Source: Protoeuglena noctilucae
Lineage: Eukaryota
Reading direction: 5' to 3'
Assembly: GCA_958009085.1 (NCBI GenBank)
Contig: OY253678.1
Location: forward strand, 1-64,000
DNA: 64,000 nt
Below the pieces are notes generated by a model that saw only the letters and a list, made by a program, of their open reading frames with translations, was not told where the DNA came from and did no database searches. The position numbers and the translations under genes were made by a program. This document shows, piece by piece, positions 9,383 to 21,090 of the stretch; position 1 is the first letter of the stretch; the number at the start of each line of letters is the position of its first letter.

Positions 9383-12300
9383 TCACTCGGCGTGGACCGC
9401 CGCAGCTGCCGCCATCCATAGACGCCGGACAGCCTCCGCGTCTCCCGCCTCCACAGCTGCCACCACCTTCCCCGCAAAGGCCGCTGCCCCGGCCCCCGCC
9501 TCCGCCTCTGCCACCGCTGCTGCTGCGCCCGCCAGCCCGTGCGCCTCGGCGGCAGCGGCGCGGGCGGCGGCGCGGTTGACGACGGAGGTGGGCAGCCCCG
9601 CGAGCCTCGCGACGTGCGTGCCGTATGACCTGGGGCACGGCCCTTCCGTGAGGCGGTAGAGGAACGTGACGGCGTCGGGGCCGGGTGCGGCGCCCCCCTC
9701 TGCGCGGCACGCCATGTGCATGGTGCGGACGCGGCCCTGGGGGGAGGGGGGCAGGCGGGGAAGAGTGAAGGGGACAGTGGGGGCAGGCAGCGGCAGCGGG
9801 GCAGAGCGACAGACGGTGGCAGACAGCATGAGTGGCTGGGCATTGTTAGGCATGTCCCATCCCTTTGCCATGGCCGCCCCCTTGCTCGCCTGGTGCCTGG
9901 CCTGCGCCTCCTCCGCCAACGCGTGGTAGTGCGTGGCGAAGAGCCCCCTGCACCGCGTGACGTGGGCGATGTGGCCGAGCACAGCGGATGCGATGGCGGC
10001 ACCGTCCAGTGTGGATGTGCCCCTGCCCAGCTCATCCACGGCCACGAGGGACGCCTCGGATGCGCGTGACAGCACCGCCGCCGTCTCCGCCAGTTCCACG
10101 TAGAAGGTGCTCTGCCCAGCCACGATGCGGTCGCGGGCACCCATGCGCACAAACACGGCGTCGCAGGGGGTCTGAAGGGGGGGGTGGGGGTCAGGGTTTG
10201 CAGTCGTGACACACGTGCGATGAGAGAGATGTGTGAGCGGCGAGAGTGATGTATGTGCGATGAGATGGCGCAAGTGACGCTCATGCCAATGCCGCGACTC
10301 GCCATCTCGAGGGACGTGGCCGGCACCCAGGCCCCCGCCTGCGCCATCACCGCGGCCAGGCAGACCTGCCGCAGCAAGGTGCTTTTGCCGCCCATGTTGG
10401 GACCCGTGAGCAGCGTCAATGGGGGGCAGTCACCCCCGAGGTGGATGTCGTTGGGCACGAAGGGGGCGCCTGCCTGGGTGCGCACGCTGGCGGGGTGGGA
10501 GAGGCCCCTTGCGATGAAGACGGGGCCGCGATCGGAGTCAGAGAGGATGACGGGGCGCACCATGGAGGGGCCGCCCACCTGGGAGGGCGTATACGGGTGA
10601 GCATGGGTGTGCGATGGTGCATGTGCGCATGAATGTGCAGTCTCCAGTCACACCTGCATGACACATGGCAAATGTCTAGCATATGTCTAGTCTTCTCACT
10701 CACCTGTGCGTGCACGGCAAGGCTCATCAGGGCGTCCAGGTGGGCGCAGGCGCGGACGGCCGACCGCCACGTGGCCCCTTCCGCCCCGAAGCGCCTCAGC
10801 AGCGCGGCCAGCGACGCCGACAGCGCCGCCTCCCTCGCCCGCCGCGCGGCGTCGAGCGCCTTCACCAGATCTGCCAGGTCCGGGCACGTATATCTGCGGA
10901 ACCCCTTGCGTGTGCCTGCCAGCTCCCAGTCTTTGGGCACACGCCCCGTGTCGCTGTCCGGCACCTCTACCAGATGCGACTGGCTGCCCACGGAGACGAA
11001 GCGCGCGTGGCGACACACGCCCCTCTGCGTTTCTTGCAAAAAGGACTCCAGAGCACCCTCGGCCTCCTCCACCGCTTGTGCCGCCTCATCACACGCCGCG
11101 TCCACCCCCGCCGCCGGCACCACGCGACCCTCCTTCTCCGCTGTCTCCCAGTCCGCCGCCTGCCGCAGCGCCGCCAGCCGCGGCGCCAGGTCTGGGAATC
11201 CCTGCCCCGGCGTCACCAGGCGTCGGAGGAGGGGGGACGACAGCGAGCCACGCACGCCTGGGGAGAGAGGGGGGGGGAGAGGGGGTGGTGAGTGCAGTGG
11301 GAGTGCAATGCAGTGACGGTGATATGCTGAGGTCAAGAGGGGTTCGAGAGCGGCAAGCATAGTGCAGCATCCACTCCCGTCGCCATCGCACAGTCGCACG
11401 CAGCTGCACGTGTGCACCCATTGCCATCCCCATTCATCCCCATCCCCTGTTGCGAATCACACTCACCGTCGAATGCCGCCACTGCCTTGGCCAGGTCTTC
11501 GAGTCCCCTCAGCGCCGCCGCTGCCATCCCCACCCTGCGCCTGGCCGCGTCCTCGTACAGCACCACCCCCGCGGCATCCCTGCCCGTGCCGCCACCCTCC
11601 ACCGCCGCGGCCAGGCGGGCAAGGGTGCGGTCCAGGTCTGGGTGTGAGAGAGGGATGGGATGGGGTGTGGTCATCTCACGAGTGCCATTGCAGTGCCGCA
11701 CCGCGGCAGTGGACAGGTGCAGTTGCGGTAACAGCAATCGCTGATGACTCCACACCTGCGACCCTTCTCTAGCACCTTCCCCATCACCCATCCACCCCCC
11801 CACCCTCATCTACTCTCACCCGGCACCTTCCCCATGACCCATCCACTCTCCCCATCACCCATCCAACCATTCACCCACCCCCATCTACTCTCACCCGGCA
11901 CCTTCCCCATGACCCTCCGCGCCTGCACCATGGCTTCCCCCCCCTCCCCGCAGAGAGCAGCAACGGCGTCCTGCCTGGCGCGGATGTCTGACACGCGCGT
12001 CAGGGGCCGCAGCAGCCACTCCCGCAGCAGCCGCCTCCCCGCGGCCGTGGCGCAGTGGTCGAGTCTCTCCAGCAGCGTGCCATGCGTGGTGCCCTCCGCA
12101 TTCGACACCAACTGGGAGGGGAGGGGGGGCACAAGGGGGGTGACTAAATATGAAAAGCAGAGAGCACAAGTGACATGTTGATGACCCATGCGCATTCGAC
12201 ACCAACTGGGGGGGGGGGGAAGAGGGGAGGCACAAGTGACATGTCAATCAACCATCCGCATTCGGCACCCAACCACTGCAGACGCACATGTACACACCAC

Positions 12301-15300
12301 CATTGCACATCCACTCCCACCCACCACCACCGCACACTCAGCTTTCCCGTCTAATTACCCATCTCCCCTCCCATTCAAACTCACCTCTAGGTTCTCCAGC
12401 GCCGCCCCATCCAGCGCCATGTGACACGGCACGCCCTCTCCCTCTCCCTCCCCCTCCCCCTCATCTCCCTCCCCCCCCAGTCCCCCCGCGTTCCCCATCG
12501 CCAGCACTGCTCTGTCCAGCAATGCCTCTCTCAGGTGCGCATGGGCCAGCCCCACTGCACACATCGCCACCTCCCTCCCCCTCTCCACCAGAGCTGCCAA
12601 AGGGGGTGGCAGGGCGTTGTCTGCAAAGTACCCCCCCCTCCCGCAGCGCAGTCACCGCCTCCCCCGCCCCCACCCCCCCCCGCTCCTCCCACCTCACGCC
12701 CCCCACCGCCGCCCGCACCGTCGCTCTCGTCTCAGCCACCAGTGCCCCCTCCCCTCTTGCCACCACCACCTCCCCCACTTGCCTCGCTGCCAGGTGCGCA
12801 CGCAGCGTCGTCCGCAGCTCGTCGTCCTCCCATTCCCCCGACAGCAGGCGGCCCGTCGACACGTCCACGAAACACGCGCCTGGGGGATGAGAAAAGAGAG
12901 AGTGGGAAATTGAAATGCGGAAATGCACATTCCCCCCTTTTGTCTAGTTTTAAGCGTTGTTGAACATGCGGGGTGTGTTGCTCTGTGTCCCCAGTCGCGC
13001 CTGCATGTGCACGTGCATACATGCATACACCCCCCCATATAACTGCCCCCACTCTCACCGATGCGCGTCCGCCCCTCCGCCCCCTTCCCCGGCATCTCCG
13101 CCAGCGCTGCCAGGTACACCGCATCCGTGGAGCCGTGGAGCATCTCGGGGTCGTGGAGCGTGGCAAGCGTAAGGATGGCAACCACCTGAAGGAGGTGAGC
13201 GTAGGGGTGGGTGAGTGTGACATGGTGAGTGACTGTGGTGCCCATTTACCTCTCTGTACCACTGCGCATGCCCCTCGCTACTCCCCTCACCACCCTCCTC
13301 ACTGCCCCCCTCACTATCCCCTCATTACCCCCCTCACTACCCCCTCATAACCCCCCCCCCCCCCCCTCACACCCCCACAACCCCCCTCACCTCCCTCCGC
13401 ACCACCTTGTCCGCCGTCAACCCCTTTGCTCTCCTCTCCCGGTTCCTCTCCGCCAATCCCTCGGGGGTCTCCGTCTGCTCCACCACCACCACCCGGTGCC
13501 CCGCACGCGCCAGCCTCTCTGCGTGCCTGTGGTAGTTGTTCTCCGGGAACCCCGCATGTGGCTGGTCGCCCCTCATGTACTGCAGCCCCAGCACCTCCAC
13601 CCCCACGTGCGCGTCCATCTCAAACATCTCATAGAAGCGACCCATCTTGAACAGCAGGACTGTTGGGGGTGGGGGGGGGGTTGATTAGATAGTACTATAA
13701 CATTGGATGTGAAGACATAGAGGGGGTGGGAGTAGCACACAAGCACACACAGTCGCAGTGTTAAGAGAGGGTGGGTGCGAGGGTGTTGGGCGCCCCAGTC
13801 TTCTCCCTCACCCGAGTCGAAGTGCTTTGATTTGAACTCCCACCACTGCCGCTGCCCGTCCGCCACCTTGTGCTCCTTGAACCAACCAGCCGGGATGGCC
13901 AGCGTGCGTGGGTCATAAGCAGGGTCGCTGGGGCGGCGACCGTGGGCGTCGCGGATCTGAGAGAGAGAGGGAGTGGGGTGTGCGTGAATGAGAGTGTAAG
14001 GTGGGTTGTATGATGCTGAGCGAGAGGTGGGGTTGGCAGAGAGAGGGTGACAGCAAGCACCCCGCCCACCCCACAACCGGCGCCGCTCATTGATTGTCCC
14101 AACCCCCACCCCCCCCAAAATCCTCCACCCACTCGCCTTGTCCGGCCGCAGGAATGCAAATTTGGGGTCCGCAGCCCTCGCCGCGAACTGCGCGCTCTCC
14201 CCCCCCAGCCCCACCGCCAGCGACCCCTCCACCGCACCCCCCGCCACCCCCAGCGCCTGGTGCATGCGCGAGGCGGCGCCGGGGAGAGGGGTGCGCGCGG
14301 GCAACGCCGCTGGTAAAGCCGCAGACGTAGTGGCAGCCGGGACAGCCGTTGTCCCCATCCCCTCTGTCGGGTTAGGGGCTGACGGGGAGGTCACCCCATC
14401 ACCCCCGCTTGCACCCCCGCTTGCACCCGCACCCCCGCCCCCGCCTTTGCCCTTGCCCCGCCCCGCCGCTTTGCGAGCAGGGCCTGACTTGCTCCCCCCC
14501 TTGGCTGCATTCCCCTTCGCCGCCGCCCTCGCCGCCCCCACCGCGCGGCGCTTGGGGGCAGGGGCCGCGTCACTCCCACTGTCGCTGTCTGCACCATCGC
14601 TGCCACCGTCGCTGTCATCTGGGGGGTGAGAGAGAGAGCTGCACGTCGCGCTTATTGCCTCTCATCAATCCATAAACCCTGAGAGCTTTTAAACACAAAC
14701 GTGGTTCATCGCTACCCATCCAGTAGTAGTACAATGAACAACCCCCCCCCCCCCCTCACCGCTGCTCTCCTCCACCACCCCCTCCATGGACGCCTCTTCA
14801 TCGCTGGATGACCCATCGCTGGCAGCGAAGTCAGAGTCGCCGCTGTCGTCGTTGTCAGAGGGACTCTCCTCGTCCGACGATGACTGGGGGGGGAGAAGGG
14901 AGAGGTGGGATGGGAGATGAGGGGACAGACAGAGTGACGCGTGCCATCCCTCACTCCCTTGGTCACCCGCAATGACCAGTCCATGTGCACCCAATGCACT
15001 CCATGCATGACCATGCACCCCATGCACTCTCAATGCACCCTAGCTGCACCCCCAATGCACCCTTATTGCACCCTTCCTGCACCCCCCCATGCACCCCCCC
15101 CACGCACCTCCACCACCGCCCGGCGCTGGGCAGCGCGGCGAGGGGCAGGGCGCTTGGCGGGCCCCGCGGGTTCCTTCGCATTGGCACCTCCACTCGCACC
15201 GCCCCTTGCTTTGCCAGCCCCCGGTGCTTTGCCAGCCCCCTGTGCCTTGGCACCCCCCGCCCGAGGTCGCTTGGCGGGGGGGGAAGGCGACGGTGCAGCA

Positions 15301-15799
15301 GCGGGGGCGGGGACGTCCCGCGCGTTGTTATCCGGCGACTCGGCGCGGTCGTCGGTCCCCGGCCGCAGCGGTGTGGGGACCCGGACGGGGGTGGCGCGCG
15401 CGGTGCCGGTGGCGGGGGGGTTGGCATCCGAGGGGGCGGTGTCCGGAGTCTCGTCGGGGCGCTTGGAGGGGGCCTGAATGGAAGCGGATGAAAGATATTG
15501 TTACAAAGATTCTGTGACGCGAGGAGAAAAGGGCGGGCGGGCAGCGGCGGGCGCGCGGGAGCGGGGCTGCGCGAAGGGAGCGCCTTCAGCCCGAGCACGA
15601 TCCCCGGCGAGGCGCGATGGACGGCGATGGGCTTTGTAGGCGAATGTATTGCAGAGAATGTGCGAGGCGCGGGGTGCCGCAATGCCCGTAGGGCCTGGAG
15701 TGGGCTGCGCAAGCGTGTCGCCTTGGCGCCCGGAGTGAAGAAGGACGAAATGGACCGCTGCCCCGCGGCGGGGGTGGCGGCGGCTTTCTTGGGAGCCAT
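9383..15799 (-). CDS. MSH6: DNA mismatch repair protein MSH6
   Basis: N-terminal PIP box QRSISSFF, YDPRTL..P, QWWEFKSKHFD, FKMGRFYE, EQTETPE, ALENLE, Walker A LLTGPNMGGKSTLLRQ, DELGRGTST, LFATHYH, GPCPRSYG. The clamp domain is present, which argues for MSH6 rather than MSH7. Confidence 0.96.
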
Positions 15800-16327
15800 C
15801 GCTGGCGCAGGCGGGGAGGAAGCTCGCCAAAAGCGGAGAGCGCGGCGCGGGGAGCGCGGCGTGCGAGGGGCAAAGCGGATGCGCGCGCGTCGGGGCGCGG
15901 ATGGGTGCTAAGATCAGAGGGAGAGATTCTTAGAAGCTACGAGCGTCGCGCGGCCGAGCGTCGCCCCTCGGCGGGCCCCGGGGGGGAACGCGCGGGGATT
16001 CGAGCGTGGTGCGGCGGGAAGGGCGCCCGGGGTCGCGCGGAGCTGCCGAGGCGGGGCCGGAGTTTGTCCGGAGATAGTCGCACAAGTGATTGTTCAGAAA
16101 CGCCGCTTGGGCAGCCAATCGGGTCAAGACCGGGCCTGTTCAGGTGCCGTCAGACAGCCGGAGCGGCATGACGCGCGGGCGCCGGGCACAGACACCGGCC
16201 CATGCGTGCCATGATCCAAACCGACACCCACACATAAATTCAAACTAAATGAAGCGCCAGCTGTGACAGCAATCGTTCAGTCAGGCTGCCCCTGCTAGCT
16301 ACCCCACTCACTACCCCCACTCCCCCC

Positions 16328-19300
16328 TCACTCCCCCCCCCCCATGATGTCGTGTTCTCGGAACCTCTCCCGCAGCGCCTCCGCGGCCCTCTCCTCCCCC
16401 TCCCTCCCCACCTCGCAGGCCTTCCAGTCTGCCCGGTCCGGGCGCCCCGCCAGTGCCGCCGCCACCTCCCGCGCAAACGTCATGGGGTGCCTGGGGGGGG
16501 GAGGATGGGTGCATATGGGTGACTGGGAAGCAAACGGTGGATGGATAGGGACTGGGTGACAGAGGACCCATCGATAGCGACGCCACGATCACAATGACCA
16601 ATAGTGTTGACCAGTCTGGCACGCAATCAGCCACCCTCCCCCACCCCCCCACCTCTCCCCCTGCCTTATGACGTGCACCATCCTCGTGCCGTCCGGCAGC
16701 GTGAATGCCAGGTACTCCATGTCGCCCACGTAGTCGCGCATCCGGTCGCGGCCACGCTCGCCCGCCTCCGCGGGGAACACCTGGGGGGGATGAGGGGGGG
16801 AGAGATGGGAATGAGATGGGGTTGGGAAAAGATGGGGCCATCGGAGGTGAGTGTGAGGGATGAGATGGGGGGAGACGTGGGGTGAAGAGATGAGGCATGG
16901 AGAAGTTAGATGTGAGAATCAATCAGAAGGGGGCATGCGAGGGTGAGATGTGAGGGGTGAGATCAGGCATGGGGGGATGAGCCGTGGGGTTAAAGATTAT
17001 AAATATGACGCCCCCCACCGCTCCACTCCCCTCGCCTCCCATCACCCTCGCACACCGCAACGTGGCACAGTCATCCCCCCCTGACTTGCCCCCCCCATCC
17101 CCATCCATCCCCACACAGTCACACAGTCACAGTATCGCACTCCCCCACTCTCACCTCGAATGCTTTAATGCCCGCCTCCGCCCCCATCTTTGCGATGAAC
17201 TCCTTCGCCCGTGCAGCCACCTGGGGCGACACGGGCACCAGGTTGACCTGCATGTGGTTGCCGCCCTTCTTGCGCAACGTGAGGTGTCGCTCGAACATCA
17301 GGGGCTGGCGGCCGGCGGAGGCGTACATGGCACGCACGGCACTGCGGTGGGGGAGGGGGAGAGGGTAAGAGAGGTGCATGGCAATGAGTGGGAGAGGCGT
17401 ACATGGCACGCACGGCAGAGAGGGAGAGGGAGAGGGAGAGGGAGAGGGAGAGGGAGAGGGAGAGGGAGAGGGAGAGGGAGAGGGAGAGGGAGAGGGAGAG
17501 GGAGAGGGAGAGCGGAGCATGGCAGTGCAATAAAAGGGAACAGAGGCGCACACACAATGACCCTATGTCTACAAAGCATTGCACCTGCCCCACTCACATC
17601 ACTCACCCGTAGTGCCTCTCCCTCTCCCTCTACTTCACCTTCACTACACCTCTCCATCTCATCTACCACCTCACTCACCCGTAGTACCTCTCCATCTCTT
17701 CCATCACTGCTCACCCGCATCACTTCACTCACCCGTAGTACCTCTCCATTTCGTGGTGCGCCGACTCTGGCAGTGCCAGCGAGGACGGGAAGTGCTCGAT
17801 GGGGATGACCTGGACGTGCATGTCATCGATGGGGGCCTTGTCCATGCACACGTAACTCTCCTGGGGAGACGAAGTAATAGAGAGAGATGGCAAGCGGTAA
17901 CTCTGTCTCTTATGCACAATCCAAGTGGTAGGCACCATACAGTGGCACGAGCTGTGTGCGAGTGTCACACAGCGCAAGCCATCGCATACCGAGTGCGTGT
18001 GCGACAACTCCCACCACCACCCCCACCACCCCTCTCTCTCTCCCTCGCCTGTCCGATGGATACGACGAGCCAGCTGGAGCAGTTGGGATTCGACAGGCAG
18101 AACCAGCACCCGTCGACGGGCTTCACGTCACGCGACCCCGCCCCCCCCTTCGCCATGTCCACCCCCACGTCGCGGCCCATCAGCTTCATGCCATTCATCT
18201 GACACGCCTGCGTGGGTGGATGAGAGAGAGTGTGTTTGAACAGGGTTCGTGGGGCAAGTAAAGATGCTTGGTTACGCTGTACGATTGGAGGGACCGCAAC
18301 ACGCATGGATTGGCACCCCCACTGCCTCTCATCCCCCGTCGTCATTGCCATCTTAATCATTCTCTCATATCTCCTGCCATTGCCATCCCCATGTCATTCT
18401 CTCCCCCTGCCCCACCCCTCGCCTTCTCCGCCGCCGCCACATCCGCAAACTGCATCAGCCCCCACGAGTGCAGCTTCCCCTCGGGAGTGGCCCCGCGTCG
18501 GTAATCCTCGACCACGCCACAGCCGCGGAAGAAGTCCACCACGTCCGCCTCGGATGCCTGCGTGAGATGTGGGGGTATGAGATGGCTTAGTGATAGAGCA
18601 ATAAACAAACCACGTCCGCCTCGGATGCCTGGGATGGGAGAAGGGAGATGAGTGCAAGCATGATAATAGCGCTCAGTAATTAAGAATGAAGGACAGGTAC
18701 AGCGCGACTGGGTGAACACAACAGACACAACGGGGGGATTGGACTTCTAATATGAGCCCACACTCCCCCTCCCCCCTCCCCCTCTCACCGCGTAGGGCAG
18801 GTTCCTGAGGAACACCGTGCACCTGTGGTCGCGGATGACGCCCGCCTTGCCACGCGATGGCTCTGCCTGGGCCACCTTGGCGCGCTTGCCCTGCCAACGC
18901 CAGGTGTGGTCACCCAGGTGCTCCGACTCGTCATCTGGGGGGGAGACATGAAGCGGGAGAGGGATGGTATGTGTGGTGGCAAGTGCGATCGACGCTTGAC
19001 ACGTGCGGGGGCATGCTTGGGAGGTTGTGAGCCTTATTGTGTGTGACGTGGTGCCCTGCCTCACCTGCCTCCCTCTCCCGTGACTGTCTGCCTCACCTGC
19101 CTCCCTCTTCAGTGCCCCCTCGTAGGGACTGGCCGTAGTGTCGGGGGGGCGGGCGGCAATCGCATCGGGGCCCATCTGGGACGCAGGGACCACCTGGGTG
19201 GGAGACACACGAACGACAAAATATAATACTGTTTGTATTGTGTATATGATAGAGCACCAGTGGCATCGGCTGAGTCACTTGGAGATGCACAGTGGTCGTG

Positions 19301-20661
19301 GCAGCAGCCGTGTGACCCATGGCGCGTGTCAGCTATGCAATCAACCCCGCACCTGCAGTGCGTGAAGGCTCTTCAGTTTGGCGTCATTGCCCACGGATGC
19401 GAGGGAGATGAAGCGCGTCACGTGAGACCCGGTGCCCACATCCCTGGGAAAGACGCGTGAGAGAGAGAGCTTGGTAGCAACAAAACGATTGGTTTACTGC
19501 ACTTGCACTGACACAGCGGCATAAGGCGTGCTTGGCAACCGCGCTTCTCCCATTCGCACTCACCGGTTCAGGTAGGGCTGTCGCTGCCAGAACACGCCCT
19601 GCCCCCCCGCCACGTGATACCTCGGCCGCAGCACCCTCGCCAGCTCAGCCAAAATCGGGGACCCCGCTGCCGATGCCTGGGATGCGCCATCGGGGAGGGA
19701 TGCAGCAAGCACGCCCTTGGCCACCCCCCTTGGCCACTCGCATGTGAGGAAAAAGTCGACGTCGGTGGCGGCAGCAGCGAGGGACTGCGAGAGAGGGAGG
19801 GGTGGGTGAGGGTGTGAGGTGCGTGGGAGCAGGAGCGCATGCACGGGGAGGAGAGACGGTGCGTGACGGTGAGGGAGTGCGGGAGCAACACTCCTCCCAG
19901 AAACGTATGCGCAAGTGTCAGCCACCGCACTGTTTGGTGTGCACGAGCATGGGTCCTCAGTGCAACAAGACTGTCTCGACTCTAAACAACCCCCTCACCT
20001 GCAGTGCGTCGAGGTCGGTGCGTGTGTAGTGCGCGGGGGGAGGGGCGGCACCCGCAGGCGCAGGCTGCGTGGAGGCGAGGCCGTCGTAGGTGCCATCCAG
20101 GAAGGCCACGCGCAGGCCAGCCACCTCGGCCACGCCATGTCGGCCCAGGTAATGCACATTCCCAAAAGACGAGGCGCAGGCCTGCACGCGAGGGAGCTTC
20201 GACAGGTGTGGGCGATGGATGTGGCGTGGGGCAGATGGGTGCAGCGAGGCGCCTGCGCTGCGAGGTGGCGATCGTCGCAACGGGCAACCCGCACCTGAAT
20301 GCCCGCCACGCATCCCTTGCCGAAGCCGCCGAGGAAGTAGGTGGGGACGGGGGCGCGCTTCTCGCCCGTCAAGTACGGCAGCAGCTCTCCCAGATCGTCG
20401 CTCTCCTCCTCTGCGGAGACATTCCGCGAACTTTCATATATCGCATCTCGTCATCGGCGCCCTCTGCGGGCCGCTATGGCAGAGCGCAGCGCGCCTGGGC
20501 TGCCGCTCACCGGTTGGACCAGCGCTTGGCTCAAAGAAGGGGCCCACACAGAGCAGCACGTCGAACGGCCCGCTCTTCGCATTCACGGCTGCCACCCGCT
20601 GGCAGAGCTGGTCCATCCGACCGCCCACATCCCCCGTAATAAGCACGCGTTTGGCTGCCAT
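16328..20661 (-). CDS. CWF19L1: CWF19-like protein 1 (Drn1-type) with an internal RRM
   Basis: N-terminal metallophosphoesterase-like domain (VLITGDVGG..NAKSGPFDVLLCVGPFF, DFFLTCEWP, LRPRYHVAG, HVTRFISL); RRM (TVFLRNLPY..GLMQFAD); CwfJ C-terminus (CWFCLSNP, HVQVIPIEH, HMQVNLVP, FAREV, RADWKAC). Confidence 0.93.
17418..17512. repeat. (GAGAGG)n microsatellite, ~16 units, intronic
   Basis: Perfect hexamer array inside a CWF19L1 intron; it is a pure pyrimidine tract on the sense strand. Confidence 0.95.
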
Positions 20662-20954
20662 CCCGCCCTCACGGCGGGCAGCCCAGGGCCGCTGCCGGGC
20701 TCCTCGCTAGGCCCCTCCCCGTCGCGGTGAAAAGCAACCTTAAAACTCGGGAAACTTGCGAGCGATGCGGGTGAGCCGGGGCGGTGCAATGCGCTGTCAA
20801 CGCGCTGTCAGCGTTGCGCGACAGCACAGCGTCGCGATCTAGCCTCCGGACGACGGATGGCTCCGGATTAAGCGTCAGAGTTACACAATGATGTCGCGGA
20901 AAGACCATAAGCGCCCAAACAGGCGTCATCGGGAAAACCGCGAGTCTGGCGTCA

Positions 20955-21090
20955 GTAGGATCATCCCCGTGATACCCAGGAATCGTGGGGATCATCCCGC
21001 TGATCCCGGGGTATCAGAGGGATCATCCCAGTGATCCCACTGACGACACAGACTGTAATGTAAACCCTCATTGAGCCCAGTGATTCCAGC
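20955..21090. repeat. Left subterminal repeats of the transposon (GGATCATCCC, GTGATCCC-like units)
   Basis: Three GGATCATCCC copies ~31 bp apart, interleaved with TGAT(A/C/T)CC units. Confidence 0.8.

Noticed and set aside
9383..15799. MSH7 assignment
   Set aside because: The clamp region (10700-11250) that MSH7 lacks is present.
17590..17750. Repeat-spacer pattern resembling a CRISPR array (also 6029-6270)
   Set aside because: Eukaryotic introns, irregular spacing, repeats match the adjacent exon junction, and no cas genes.
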